Assembly (NCBI GenBank): GCA_031421555.1
Contig: JANOOW010000464.1
Coordinates: 1-45,041 of the forward strand
Direction: 5' to 3'
Source of the DNA: Hyphomicrobiaceae bacterium
GTDB taxonomy: Bacteria > Pseudomonadota > Alphaproteobacteria > Rhizobiales > Hyphomicrobiaceae
Length of the DNA stretch: 45,041 bases
The position numbers and the translations under genes were made by a program. Numbering within the stretch: the first letter of the stretch is position 1; every line of letters starts with the position of its first letter. Below are positions 37,285 to 45,041 of the stretch, piece by piece. The notes beneath the pieces are model-generated. The model made no database searches, was not told the DNA's origin, and saw only the letters and a program-made list of their open reading frames with translations.

Positions 37285-38661
37285 TCATGTGCGGAAAGAT
37301 GTAAAATCCAGCGGGCGGTCGAAGCAGCCGCGCATCGTTGTCAAAGCGCGCTCGATTGCTGCGTCGTTCCAGCCGCCGAAGCGGGAGTTGTTGCGAAATT
37401 TGGTCTCGATGTCGGTGCGCGACAGAGCCTCGTGGCGGCCACCGCGCAAATGCGGTTGACGCTCTTCGACGACGCGGCCATCGGCGAGCGTCAGGCGAAC
37501 GTGACCCGTATAGCCATGCGGGTAGGGGTTATCGGGATCGATCACGTAACCGATCTTCGATGCCAACTCACGCACCCGGTCATCGCGCACGGCCTCGTCG
37601 GTAAAGTGGCCAAGGCCTATCTCGCCGTGCACAAGGGCCGCCGCGATGCAGTATGGCTGCGAGAACTTCGCGGCATAACCGTTTGCCGGTGTCTGCTTGC
37701 CCGCCAGCGGCTCCCAAAGGCGGTGCACAGTGCCCTCCGCCGCCTCGCAGGTGATCGCCGCAATGCTGTCGGGATCGATGCGCTTGGCGCGCAAACGGAT
37801 CGCGCAATCGATGTAGGGATGGGTCATCGTCCCGCACGGATATGGCTTGAAGGCAAGATCAGGTGTCACCCAAGAGGTGCCGAAACCATCGAGCAATTTC
37901 CCCCAGTCGCCGTCTCGCCGGTTGGCGAAGCCGTTGAACAATCCGTGCACGCCTTCAAATACTGTGCGTGGTCCAGCGAAACCACTTGCGCCGAGGTAAG
38001 CCGCACGCAAGCCGGACTGCGCCGCCCAGCCGGGATGCATGCGTTTGGTCCACGTCCCTTCGGCCAGATACTCGATGATGCCGCTTGCCATGCTACCGGC
38101 GATGCCGAGCGCATCAACGGTTTGGCGGCGGTTAGCGCCAAGCGTCGCCGAGACTGCGGCTGCTGCAGCCATCGTGCCGAATACGGCGGTCGGATGAAAG
38201 CCGGCCTTGTGCACTGCTTTTGGAATGACGAGGCCAAGGCGGCAAATCGTCTCGACCCCAACCGCAATGCCGCGCAGCACATCGGCGCCGGATCGCTCCT
38301 TGTCCTCGGCGGCGGCGAGCACTGCTGGAATGATGACAGCACCAGCGTGAACGGGCCCGCCCTCGAAGGTGTCGTCGAAATCTTCACCGTGAGCCGCGGT
38401 GCCATTGACGAATGCCGCGCTGGCCGCCGAGTGCCCGCCTGCGTGACCGATCAGCGTCGCGCGGCCGGCATCGCCCCAAGCTGCCCGCGAGGCTGAGACA
38501 TAATCGGTGTTGCGCGCGACAAGGCACAGGCCGATGACGTCGATCAACAGACGCTCGGCAAGTTCTTCGACGGCAGCAGGAACGCCGGTGCCTTGCAGCG
38601 CGACGATGCGGTCGGCCAAGTGCTCGGCGACGGCGATTGCGGGTAGTGCTTCGCCGGCCAT
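37285..38661 (-). CDS. MmgE/PrpD-family protein (2-methylcitrate dehydratase superfamily)
   Basis: 458 aa. Family-typical blocks include LIDVIGLCLVA, AAFVNGTAAHGEDFDD, HPTAVFG and KPYPCG. Its ATG lies 1 nt after the permease stop. Confidence 0.85.
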   Translation of the reverse strand: MAGEALPAIAVAEHLADRIVALQGTGVPAAVEELAERLLIDVIGLCLVARNTDYVSASRAAWGDAGRATLIGHAGGHSAASAAFVNGTAAHGEDFDDTFEGGPVHAGAVIIPAVLAAAEDKERSGADVLRGIAVGVETICRLGLVIPKAVHKAGFHPTAVFGTMAAAAAVSATLGANRRQTVDALGIAGSMASGIIEYLAEGTWTKRMHPGWAAQSGLRAAYLGASGFAGPRTVFEGVHGLFNGFANRRDGDWGKLLDGFGTSWVTPDLAFKPYPCGTMTHPYIDCAIRLRAKRIDPDSIAAITCEAAEGTVHRLWEPLAGKQTPANGYAAKFSQPYCIAAALVHGEIGLGHFTDEAVRDDRVRELASKIGYVIDPDNPYPHGYTGHVRLTLADGRVVEERQPHLRGGRHEALSRTDIETKFRNNSRFGGWNDAAIERALTTMRGCFDRPLDFTSFRT

Positions 38662-38662
38662 C

Positions 38663-40393
38663 TCAGTTGTTCCTCAACCGCGTGCCGGGCGTAACGCCGC
38701 CAAGTTTGTTGGCGAGAAAGACGACGCCGGCCGTCAGCACCAGCATCGACAATCCGAGCACAGCGATGGCGGCAAGATCACCGCTTTCCTTCAAATCGAA
38801 AATCAACACCGAGACAACTTTGGTCTCGGATGTGAAAAGAATGATCGCGGCGGATAGCTCGCGCACCACGGCAACGAATGTGAAGCACCATGTTGCGAGC
38901 AGACTCGTGCGCAGCAGCGGACCGGTGATGTGGCTGAGCACCTGCAGGCGCGTCGCACCGAGAATGCGGCTTGCTTCTTCGAGCTCCGGGTTCACCGCAT
39001 GAAACGCCGATCGCATCTGCTGGTAAGCCGATGGCAGCTCAATCGTGACGTAGGCGACGAGCAGGATCCAAAGCGTGCCGTACAGCACGAATGGCGGACG
39101 CGTGTAGCTGAGGAACAGTCCGACGCCGAGCACGATGCCGGGAATCGCAATCGGAGCGGTTGCGAGAAACCCCAGAATGCGATGGCCCGGCACCGCGCGG
39201 CGGCTTGCCATATAGGCAACGACCAGCGCCAAGAGACTGCAAACCGTTGCCGAAAGCACTGCCAGCAGCAACGTGTTCTTCAAGGCGAGCTTCGTTGCCG
39301 ACAATTCAAAGTACACGAAGTTAAAATTGTGCAGTGTCAGCGTCTCGAAAGTCACCGGCTGCGAGGGGATCTTCGAAAACGCGGCATTCAGCAACGCGCC
39401 ATACGGTAGGAATACCGGCAACGCCAGAAGCGCGAAACAAAGTGCGGCTGCCGGCCATCGCAACCAGTTCAACGCGATAAGACGGGGTGCTGCCGACTTT
39501 CCGCCGACCACGGCATACGATCGCCGGCCTAGGATAACCGCTTGTGCCCGCAACAGGCCGACCGTCAGCAGCAGCAATGGTAACGACGCGGCGGCGGCGA
39601 GTTCGGGTTTTGGCGGGTACTGAAATAGGCTCCAGATCTTCGTGGTGATGGTATGAAAGCCGGCGGGCAACGCAAGGATCGCTGGCGATCCAAACAGCGT
39701 GATCGCCTGCAGGAACGCCACCAGCAATCCAGCAAGCAAAGCGGGCATGACGAGCGGCACAGTGATCCGCCGCGCCGTTGTCCACTTCGACGAACCAAGC
39801 ATCGAGGCTGCGTCTTCGAGGTCGCCCGGCACACGCTCGAGTGCGTTTGCGACGAGCACGAACACATAGGGAAACGTGTAGCAGCTGATTACGAAAATCA
39901 GCCCCGTCATCGTATAAATATCGAACAGGACTTCACCGCTGCCGGTCCAGCTGCGATAGAGCTGGTTCAAGAGACCGCTATTTGGCGCTGCCAGCAACTC
40001 CCAAGCGATAGCGCCGAGAAACGGCGGCGTCACGAACGACGCGGTCACGATCAAGCGCACGGTTTGAGTGAAAGGCATATCGGTGCGTGCGACGAGCCAC
40101 GCCATCGGAGCGGCGATAAGACAGCACGTGATGCCGACGCTCGAGGCAATGCCGAGAGATATCAATAGGGGTTCGACGAAGGCGGGGTCGGAAAACAGCC
40201 GCGCGAAGTTCCCTAGCGTGGCGGCACCCTTCGCATCGCTGAATGCATAGATGACGAGCCACGCCATCGGCAGCAGTACAAGAACGCACAGCGTCAACGC
40301 GAACACGATCGCAAGGGGCATGGACAAATCGAGCCCGCGCGATCGGGGTGTGAGAGCCGTATCGGGTTGTGCCTTGGCGGTGGCGATACTCAT
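38663..40393 (-). CDS. Fused two-domain ABC transporter permease (FbpB/ThiP-like iron(III)/polyamine-type architecture)
   Basis: About 576 aa with two permease halves, each carrying an EAA-type loop (LEDAASMLGSSKWTTARRITVPL and LEEASRILGATRLQVLSHITGPL). The start ATG at 40393 overlaps the stop of the upstream binding-protein gene (ATGA). The upstream 80 codons of the ORF are rejected. Confidence 0.85.
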   Translation of the reverse strand: MSIATAKAQPDTALTPRSRGLDLSMPLAIVFALTLCVLVLLPMAWLVIYAFSDAKGAATLGNFARLFSDPAFVEPLLISLGIASSVGITCCLIAAPMAWLVARTDMPFTQTVRLIVTASFVTPPFLGAIAWELLAAPNSGLLNQLYRSWTGSGEVLFDIYTMTGLIFVISCYTFPYVFVLVANALERVPGDLEDAASMLGSSKWTTARRITVPLVMPALLAGLLVAFLQAITLFGSPAILALPAGFHTITTKIWSLFQYPPKPELAAAASLPLLLLTVGLLRAQAVILGRRSYAVVGGKSAAPRLIALNWLRWPAAALCFALLALPVFLPYGALLNAAFSKIPSQPVTFETLTLHNFNFVYFELSATKLALKNTLLLAVLSATVCSLLALVVAYMASRRAVPGHRILGFLATAPIAIPGIVLGVGLFLSYTRPPFVLYGTLWILLVAYVTIELPSAYQQMRSAFHAVNPELEEASRILGATRLQVLSHITGPLLRTSLLATWCFTFVAVVRELSAAIILFTSETKVVSVLIFDLKESGDLAAIAVLGLSMLVLTAGVVFLANKLGGVTPGTRLRNN

Positions 40394-41448
40394 ACCCGGA
40401 ACAACGCCGTATAGCGCGTGGTGATCGCTTCCGCTTCTGCGTCGATCCCGGCGGGATTCTCGGTCATTAATTTTATCTCTGATAGTGGCTTGCGGCCAGC
40501 CTTGGCTTTGACGAGCGCATGGATCGGATACTGACCTGAAATATCGACGAGGGATTGCTGCCCTTCGGCGGACGTCATCCAACATTGCATCAGCCGGGCG
40601 GCATTCGGATTTACCGAACCGGCAAAAATGCAATTCGGGCTGGAGATCGACGGCGTACCCTCGCTGGCATAGACGATCTCCACCGGCGCGCCTTGCTCTT
40701 TGTGCTGGATAACATTGTAGTCGCCGCCATCAACCATCACTGCGCGTTCACCCAGCGCGATTTTCTTCGGCGGATCGACCGAAGACTGCACCTGCATGAC
40801 GCGTTGCTTGGCAAGCTTCTCGAAGTAGCCCCAGCCGAGCACTTGCACCATCTGGTAGGTCGCAGACATGATGGTGCCGGAATAGCCAGGATGGCCCTTC
40901 ACGAGTTTACCGGTCCACTTGGGGTCGAGCAGATCAGCAAAGCTCGCCGGCATGTCGGCGGGCGCGACAAGCTTGGTATTGACGCCGATCACGCTGAGAT
41001 ACATGCGGACGGTGACAGCATAACCATCTGGATCGCGGTGGATCGGCGCGTAATGGGAGGCAACCTCTTCCGGCACGAAGGCTGAGAGCCAGCCATTGCG
41101 TTTCCAAGGCAGCACGTGTGCCGCATCGGCGGTATTGACGATGTCGACGTTGCGGATGCCGGACGCCATCTCCTGACCGATGCGCTGAAACAATCGCTCG
41201 CTGCCCGAACGTTCCACACGGACGGCGACACCTGGAAACTTCGCCTCGAAGACCTTTGCCCATCTTTCGGCGACGACCAAATCCATCGCAGTGTACCAGT
41301 TGACCTTGCCTTCCTTGCGGGCGGCTTCGGTCAGCGCCATCGAGATGCCGACCGCAGGAGGCGCCGCCGAAAGCACGCGTGTGGCGCCAGCGCCTAGCAG
41401 CGCACCAGCGCCGGCAATGACTTTACGGCGATTCAGACGGGTCACCAC
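40390..41448 (-). CDS. Periplasmic substrate-binding protein (family 1, iron(III)/polyamine-like), copy 2, Tat-type signal
   Basis: The start is GTG at 41448 or 41445, preceded by GGAGG. It has a LNRRKVIAGAGALLGAGA twin-arginine-like signal and is a paralogue of the upstream gene. Confidence 0.8.
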   Translation of the reverse strand: MVTRLNRRKVIAGAGALLGAGATRVLSAAPPAVGISMALTEAARKEGKVNWYTAMDLVVAERWAKVFEAKFPGVAVRVERSGSERLFQRIGQEMASGIRNVDIVNTADAAHVLPWKRNGWLSAFVPEEVASHYAPIHRDPDGYAVTVRMYLSVIGVNTKLVAPADMPASFADLLDPKWTGKLVKGHPGYSGTIMSATYQMVQVLGWGYFEKLAKQRVMQVQSSVDPPKKIALGERAVMVDGGDYNVIQHKEQGAPVEIVYASEGTPSISSPNCIFAGSVNPNAARLMQCWMTSAEGQQSLVDISGQYPIHALVKAKAGRKPLSEIKLMTENPAGIDAEAEAITTRYTALFRV

Positions 41449-41482
41449 GGTGCCTCCGTGCAGCAAGCTGGAGCGCGTATCC

Positions 41483-42547
41483 TCACACCTTGAAATACTT
41501 CGCGTACTTCGCCTTGATCTCGTCGGCCTGCTTTTCGACGGCGGCCGGATCATCTTTCATAGTCTTGATCTTCGACAACGGCGTGCGCGTTGCCGGCTCC
41601 TTCACGCCTGAGTGCGCCGACTTCAAGCCACCTTGGTCGACGATCAACTGCTGGCCTTCGAGCGAGAACATGTAGCTCTGCAGCAGGCGGGCAGCATTTG
41701 GGTTCGGGGCGTTTTTCAACACCGCAGATGGACCGACGATCAGCGGCGTGCCTTCCGTCGCATAGACGATTTCGACCGGCTCGCCTTTCTCCTTCATTTG
41801 GATCAGCAGGTAATCGTTGCCATCGACCATGACGGCGCGCTCGCCCAGCGCCAGCTTCTTGGGCGGGTCGGCTGCCGACTGCACTTGCATAATCCTCTGC
41901 TTGGACAGCTTTTCGAGATACTCCCAGCCAAGGTCACGCGCCATTTGAAATGTCGAGGTCATGATGCTTCCCGAGTACCCCGGATGCGCCTTGACCATCT
42001 TTCCGGCCCACTTCGGGTCGAGCAAGTCGGCGTAGCTTTTCGGTGCGTCCTCAGGTTTGACAAGCTTGGTGTTATAGCCGATCGGGCACAGCCAAATCCG
42101 CCAGCTCGCGAACATGCCGTCCGGATCGCGATGCTCGTCGGGATAGAACTTTGCAACGTCCTCGGGCACGTAGACCGCCAGCAACCCGTCACGCTTCCAG
42201 ACGATGAAATGTGCAGCATCAGAGCTGTTGACGACATCGACGGCGTTGATCTTCGAAGCCTGCTCCTGGGCGATGCGCTGGAATATCCGCTCGCCGCCGG
42301 TGCGTTCGACGCGCACGGCAACACCGGGGTACTTGGCCTCGAATGCCTTGGCGACCTTTTCGGCGACTGGCAGGTCGACTGCCGTATACCAGACAACCTT
42401 GCCTTCTTTCTGCGCGGCAGCGATCAATTCGGGTGTCACGGGGGAAGCTGCTGGCAGTGCAATTGCCGACCGGGCACCTGCCGCTACCAAGCCGGCTGCT
42501 GCCAAGCCTTTGACCACGTTGCGACGCGACGGGGTTCGCATTTTCAT
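41483..42547 (-). CDS. Periplasmic substrate-binding protein (family 1, iron(III)/polyamine-like), copy 1, Tat-type signal
   Basis: GGAGG lies 8 nt upstream of the ATG at 42547. MKMRTPSRRNVVKGLAAAGLVAAGARSAIA signal. It shares long identical blocks with copy 2. Confidence 0.8.
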   Translation of the reverse strand: MKMRTPSRRNVVKGLAAAGLVAAGARSAIALPAASPVTPELIAAAQKEGKVVWYTAVDLPVAEKVAKAFEAKYPGVAVRVERTGGERIFQRIAQEQASKINAVDVVNSSDAAHFIVWKRDGLLAVYVPEDVAKFYPDEHRDPDGMFASWRIWLCPIGYNTKLVKPEDAPKSYADLLDPKWAGKMVKAHPGYSGSIMTSTFQMARDLGWEYLEKLSKQRIMQVQSAADPPKKLALGERAVMVDGNDYLLIQMKEKGEPVEIVYATEGTPLIVGPSAVLKNAPNPNAARLLQSYMFSLEGQQLIVDQGGLKSAHSGVKEPATRTPLSKIKTMKDDPAAVEKQADEIKAKYAKYFKV

Positions 42548-42605
42548 TGGGGTAGCCTCCTGCAATTCTGTTGGATGCTCTTGCGGCACCTTCGATTAAG
42601 TCCTG

Positions 42606-43679
42606 CTAGCGTGATAGTAAGCGACAACGCGCGGCCGGCAATTTCAACCTAACCGCGGCGCCTGGATCGAACGATATACGCGGCGAAGCCGATACCTTGA
42701 CCTGGGTGCCATCGGCGATTTCGACGACGTAGTCGCGGGTGACGCCAAGGAACACCGAGCGCACAACATGGCCGGTCAACTCGTTGGCAGCCAACTCGCC
42801 ATTGATCGAGGCAAGTTCCACCTCATGCTGGCGAATGGCGACTGAAGCGTTATCGCTGCCGCGCAACGGATCACCCTGACCAGAGAGCGTCACGCCCGCG
42901 ACCGAGATATGGCCGGCATCCAGCACCTTACCGCGCAAAATGTTACTGTTGCCGATAAAGCGGGCAACGAACTCCGACGCTGGGCGATCGTAGACGTCAC
43001 CGGGGCTGCCTGCCTGCTCGATGATGCCGCCATTCATGACCGCGATCAGATCGGCGGTCGCCATCGCTTCAGACTGGTCATGCGTGACGTAAACGGTTGT
43101 ATATCGATAGGCATCGTGTAGGCGGCGGACCTCGTCGCGCATCTCCTCGCGCAGATTCGCGTCCAGATTGGACAACGGCTCGTCGAGCAGCAGTGTCTCC
43201 GGCTCGACGACCAGCGCACGCGCGAGCGACACGCGCTGCTGCTGTCCGCCCGACAACTCCGCTGGATAGCGCTGAGCCAGCGTCGAGAGCTTCGTCGTCG
43301 CCAGAATGCCATCGACCTTCTTGGCAATGGTTTCCCGGTCGAGCTTACGCAGGGTCAAGCCGTAGGACACGTTCTCGCGAACCGTCATGTGCGGCCACAG
43401 TGCATAGCTTTGGAAGATCATCGACATATTGCGCTGCTCGGGCGGAACAGTGCGGCCCGGCGACGAGACGACGCGATCGCCGACGCGGATCTCGCCCGCA
43501 CTGGGCTCGACGAATCCGGCGATCAGCCGCAAGGTCGTCGTCTTGCCGCATCCAGATGGTCCGAGCAGGCAGACGAGCAGCCCATGATCGATGTGCAGTG
43601 ATATATTATCGACAGCCCGTTGGGAGCCGTACGCTTTAGTCAACCCGCGCAACTCGACCGATGCCAAACGTTCCTCCAC
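42606..43679 (-). CDS. ABC transporter ATP-binding protein, PotA/FbpC/MalK-like with a C-terminal TOBE-type domain
   Basis: Walker A GPSGCGKTT, signature LSGGQQQR and Walker B LLLDEPLSNLD, plus a ~110-aa C-terminal regulatory-type domain. The listed start is GTG at 43679. TTG at 43667 is preceded by GGAGGA and may be the true start. Confidence 0.88.
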   Translation of the reverse strand: MEERLASVELRGLTKAYGSQRAVDNISLHIDHGLLVCLLGPSGCGKTTTLRLIAGFVEPSAGEIRVGDRVVSSPGRTVPPEQRNMSMIFQSYALWPHMTVRENVSYGLTLRKLDRETIAKKVDGILATTKLSTLAQRYPAELSGGQQQRVSLARALVVEPETLLLDEPLSNLDANLREEMRDEVRRLHDAYRYTTVYVTHDQSEAMATADLIAVMNGGIIEQAGSPGDVYDRPASEFVARFIGNSNILRGKVLDAGHISVAGVTLSGQGDPLRGSDNASVAIRQHEVELASINGELAANELTGHVVRSVFLGVTRDYVVEIADGTQVKVSASPRISFDPGAAVRLKLPAARCRLLSR

Positions 43680-43774
43680 CAGGGCGCGGTCGTCTTTCTA
43701 GTCTCGCGCCCGGCATATCGTTAGCATATCCAGGGATAGACGCCAGTACGCTGAAACGATCCCGGGATAGATCC

Positions 43775-43800
43775 GTGCGTCCAGCTTAAGCTGGCCGCAC
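43775..43800 (-). terminator. Hairpin downstream of the TAXI-like gene
   Basis: GTGCGTCCAGC-TTAA-GCTGGCCGCAC, an 11-bp stem with one mismatch, about 30 nt after the stop on the minus strand. There is no U-tract, so it is only a candidate. Confidence 0.3.
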
Positions 43801-43829
43801 GTCATCGGCGCCTCGCATTAGGCGCAGCA

Positions 43830-45017
43830 TCACTTCTTCTTTTCCACCCAGGCGCGGTAAGCCTGAAAAAGACTGTCCCGCTCCTGATCCGTCAATTTCG
43901 GCTTGCCACTCGCCTGCCCTTGACTTTCGAGCAAAGCGTTGAACTTTTCGCGCGATGCGGTATCGGCCGCAGCCGTCGCACCGGTGTTCGCCGGCGCAGC
44001 CTCGACTGGATTGGAACGCGGCAACATCTCTTCCGCCACGCTATAGCGCTTCCACCCCGGCACTGAGGCCGCCAAGTTGATTTCTTTCCATTTCGGCTGG
44101 AACGGAGGCTTCTGAAACTGCTCGAATTTTGCGTAAAATTGCTCGATGAAGCGTGAAACGCGCCTGTAACGGTCGCTCTCCTTCGGCCAATTATAGACGG
44201 CGAGAACCGTGGAGACGCCGATCGAGTCGATTTTTTCGCCCTTCGCGATCAGGTTGGGGTAGTCCTCGTTCGTCAGTTCGATGGGAACGTAGAAATCGCT
44301 GAACTTGTCGGTGAACTCGATTGGCAGGAAATGGAACCCTGGCTCCGGTTTGAATTTGGAAAATAGTTCGTTCGGCTTGCCGACGACGTGCACCACGGCT
44401 GCGATCTCGCCGGTGCGCATTTTCTCTAGCGCGATCGAATTGTTGATGAAGACGCGCTCGGCTTTGATGCCCAGGCGGTCGAACACGATACCACCGGTCA
44501 AATTTGCGGCGCTTCCCGTCGTGTTGAAGCTAACTTTCTTGCCAGCCAGATCCTCGATCTTCTTGATTTCGGGCCGCGCATAGATGTGCACTTCCGATAG
44601 GAAGAACCGCGTGATGTACTGCACGCGATCGCCGATATTCGACGTTTTACCATCACGCTTGAAGTGCTCGAGCACGTCGGCCTGGGTTATCGCGACGTCG
44701 ATGCCCTTGAGATAAAGCAGGTCCTCGACGTTACCCACGGCACCGTAGGACACGACCGGCAGCACGCGCAGATTGGGCGGATCGTCGAGCACCTTGCCGA
44801 TCTCCGCGGCGAACCTGATGAACGTGCCTTCGAGCAAGCCGCCAGCCAAGCCTACTGTCCAATCATTCATGCGCTGCACCGACGGACTTTCACCGACGAG
44901 CACTGATTTCGGCGCGGTCGACGCCGGTGCTTTTCGTGGTGTCTGCGCCTCTCCCGGCTGGTTCGCAGACAGTAGCCCCGCGATCAATGCCACAATCAAA
45001 AATAGCGTTTTCTTCAT
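43830..45017 (-). CDS. Periplasmic solute-binding protein, probably a TAXI-family TRAP-type receptor
   Basis: Signal peptide MKKTLFLIVALIAGLLSA. Blocks VGLAGGLLEGTFIRFAAEIGKVL and GKKVSFNTTGSAANLTGGIVFDRLGI resemble TAXI-type receptors from memory. A Lys-rich C-terminal extension is present. No cognate membrane component appears in the window. Confidence 0.6.
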   Translation of the reverse strand: MKKTLFLIVALIAGLLSANQPGEAQTPRKAPASTAPKSVLVGESPSVQRMNDWTVGLAGGLLEGTFIRFAAEIGKVLDDPPNLRVLPVVSYGAVGNVEDLLYLKGIDVAITQADVLEHFKRDGKTSNIGDRVQYITRFFLSEVHIYARPEIKKIEDLAGKKVSFNTTGSAANLTGGIVFDRLGIKAERVFINNSIALEKMRTGEIAAVVHVVGKPNELFSKFKPEPGFHFLPIEFTDKFSDFYVPIELTNEDYPNLIAKGEKIDSIGVSTVLAVYNWPKESDRYRRVSRFIEQFYAKFEQFQKPPFQPKWKEINLAASVPGWKRYSVAEEMLPRSNPVEAAPANTGATAAADTASREKFNALLESQGQASGKPKLTDQERDSLFQAYRAWVEKKK

Positions 45018-45041
45018 TGCCTACCTCAAACCGTTCAACTC

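Noticed and set aside
36694-38496. 600-aa plus-strand ORF
   Set aside because: It is antisense to the SDR and MmgE/PrpD genes, both of which have clear family motifs and coupled starts. Low-complexity Ala/Arg-rich translation.
40394-40633. 80-codon N-terminal extension of the fused permease ORF; similar extensions at 41449-41553, 42548-42589, 5858-5992, 7544-7615, 26111-26164 and 32869-32931
   Set aside because: Each extension overlaps the upstream gene or lacks a ribosome-binding site. Internal starts with Shine-Dalgarno sequences give N-termini typical of the respective families.
1-45041. Scan for tRNA, rRNA, CRISPR arrays, IS elements, integrases, phage genes, toxin-antitoxin pairs and known defence systems
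   Set aside because: None of the intergenic spacers (all under 330 nt) shows tRNA-like arms or regularly spaced direct repeats. No ORF has transposase, integrase, recombinase or nuclease-type motifs that I recognise. The only repeat family is the REP-like element reported above.

Overview
GC-rich chromosomal window that looks alphaproteobacterial (Hyphomicrobiales/Bradyrhizobiaceae-like gene content, a GTTC-N7-GTTC LexA-type box, a REP-like palindrome). It is almost fully coding, with about 37 protein genes.

Gene content, in order:
- 3' part of a DUF4159/BatA-like membrane cluster.
- A beta-hydroxyacid dehydrogenase, a PLP dehydratase and a CDF transporter.
- ssb, with an SOS box in its divergent promoter region.
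- A TPR protein followed by photolyase, then tgt.
- panC coupled to an orphan tandem-NBD ABC ATPase.
- An Opp/Dpp-type ABC operon with no binding protein.
- A CoA-transferase plus NitT/TauT-type ABC importer operon.
- A small Cys-rich secreted protein and an exported caspase-SH3-YARHG protein.
- A secreted alpha/beta hydrolase.
- The 5' half of the dcw cluster: mraZ-rsmH-ftsL-ftsI-murE/murF-mraY.
- An IorB-like molybdoenzyme subunit.
- An operon of ABC ATPase, two paralogous binding proteins, a fused permease, an MmgE/PrpD-family protein and an SDR.
- A TAXI-like solute receptor.

I found no rRNA, tRNA, CRISPR array, transposase, integrase or recognisable defence system. No single obviously novel system stands out.

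The observations most worth follow-up are:
1. murE and murF read as one 950-codon ORF, with a relic ATGA next to a (CG)3 run at the junction.
2. The dcw cluster stops after mraY and is followed by unrelated genes and a REP-like palindrome.
3. Five 10-bp-phased TGGNN-type repeats sit upstream of mraZ.
4. Tgt has three of its four canonical zinc ligands substituted.
5. An SDR lacking the canonical Ser/Tyr positions is translationally packed behind a PrpD-family gene and an ABC importer with duplicated binding proteins.
6. The Opp/Dpp-like operon has no binding protein, and an orphan double ATPase follows panC.

All functional calls come from motif recognition by eye. No database search was possible.
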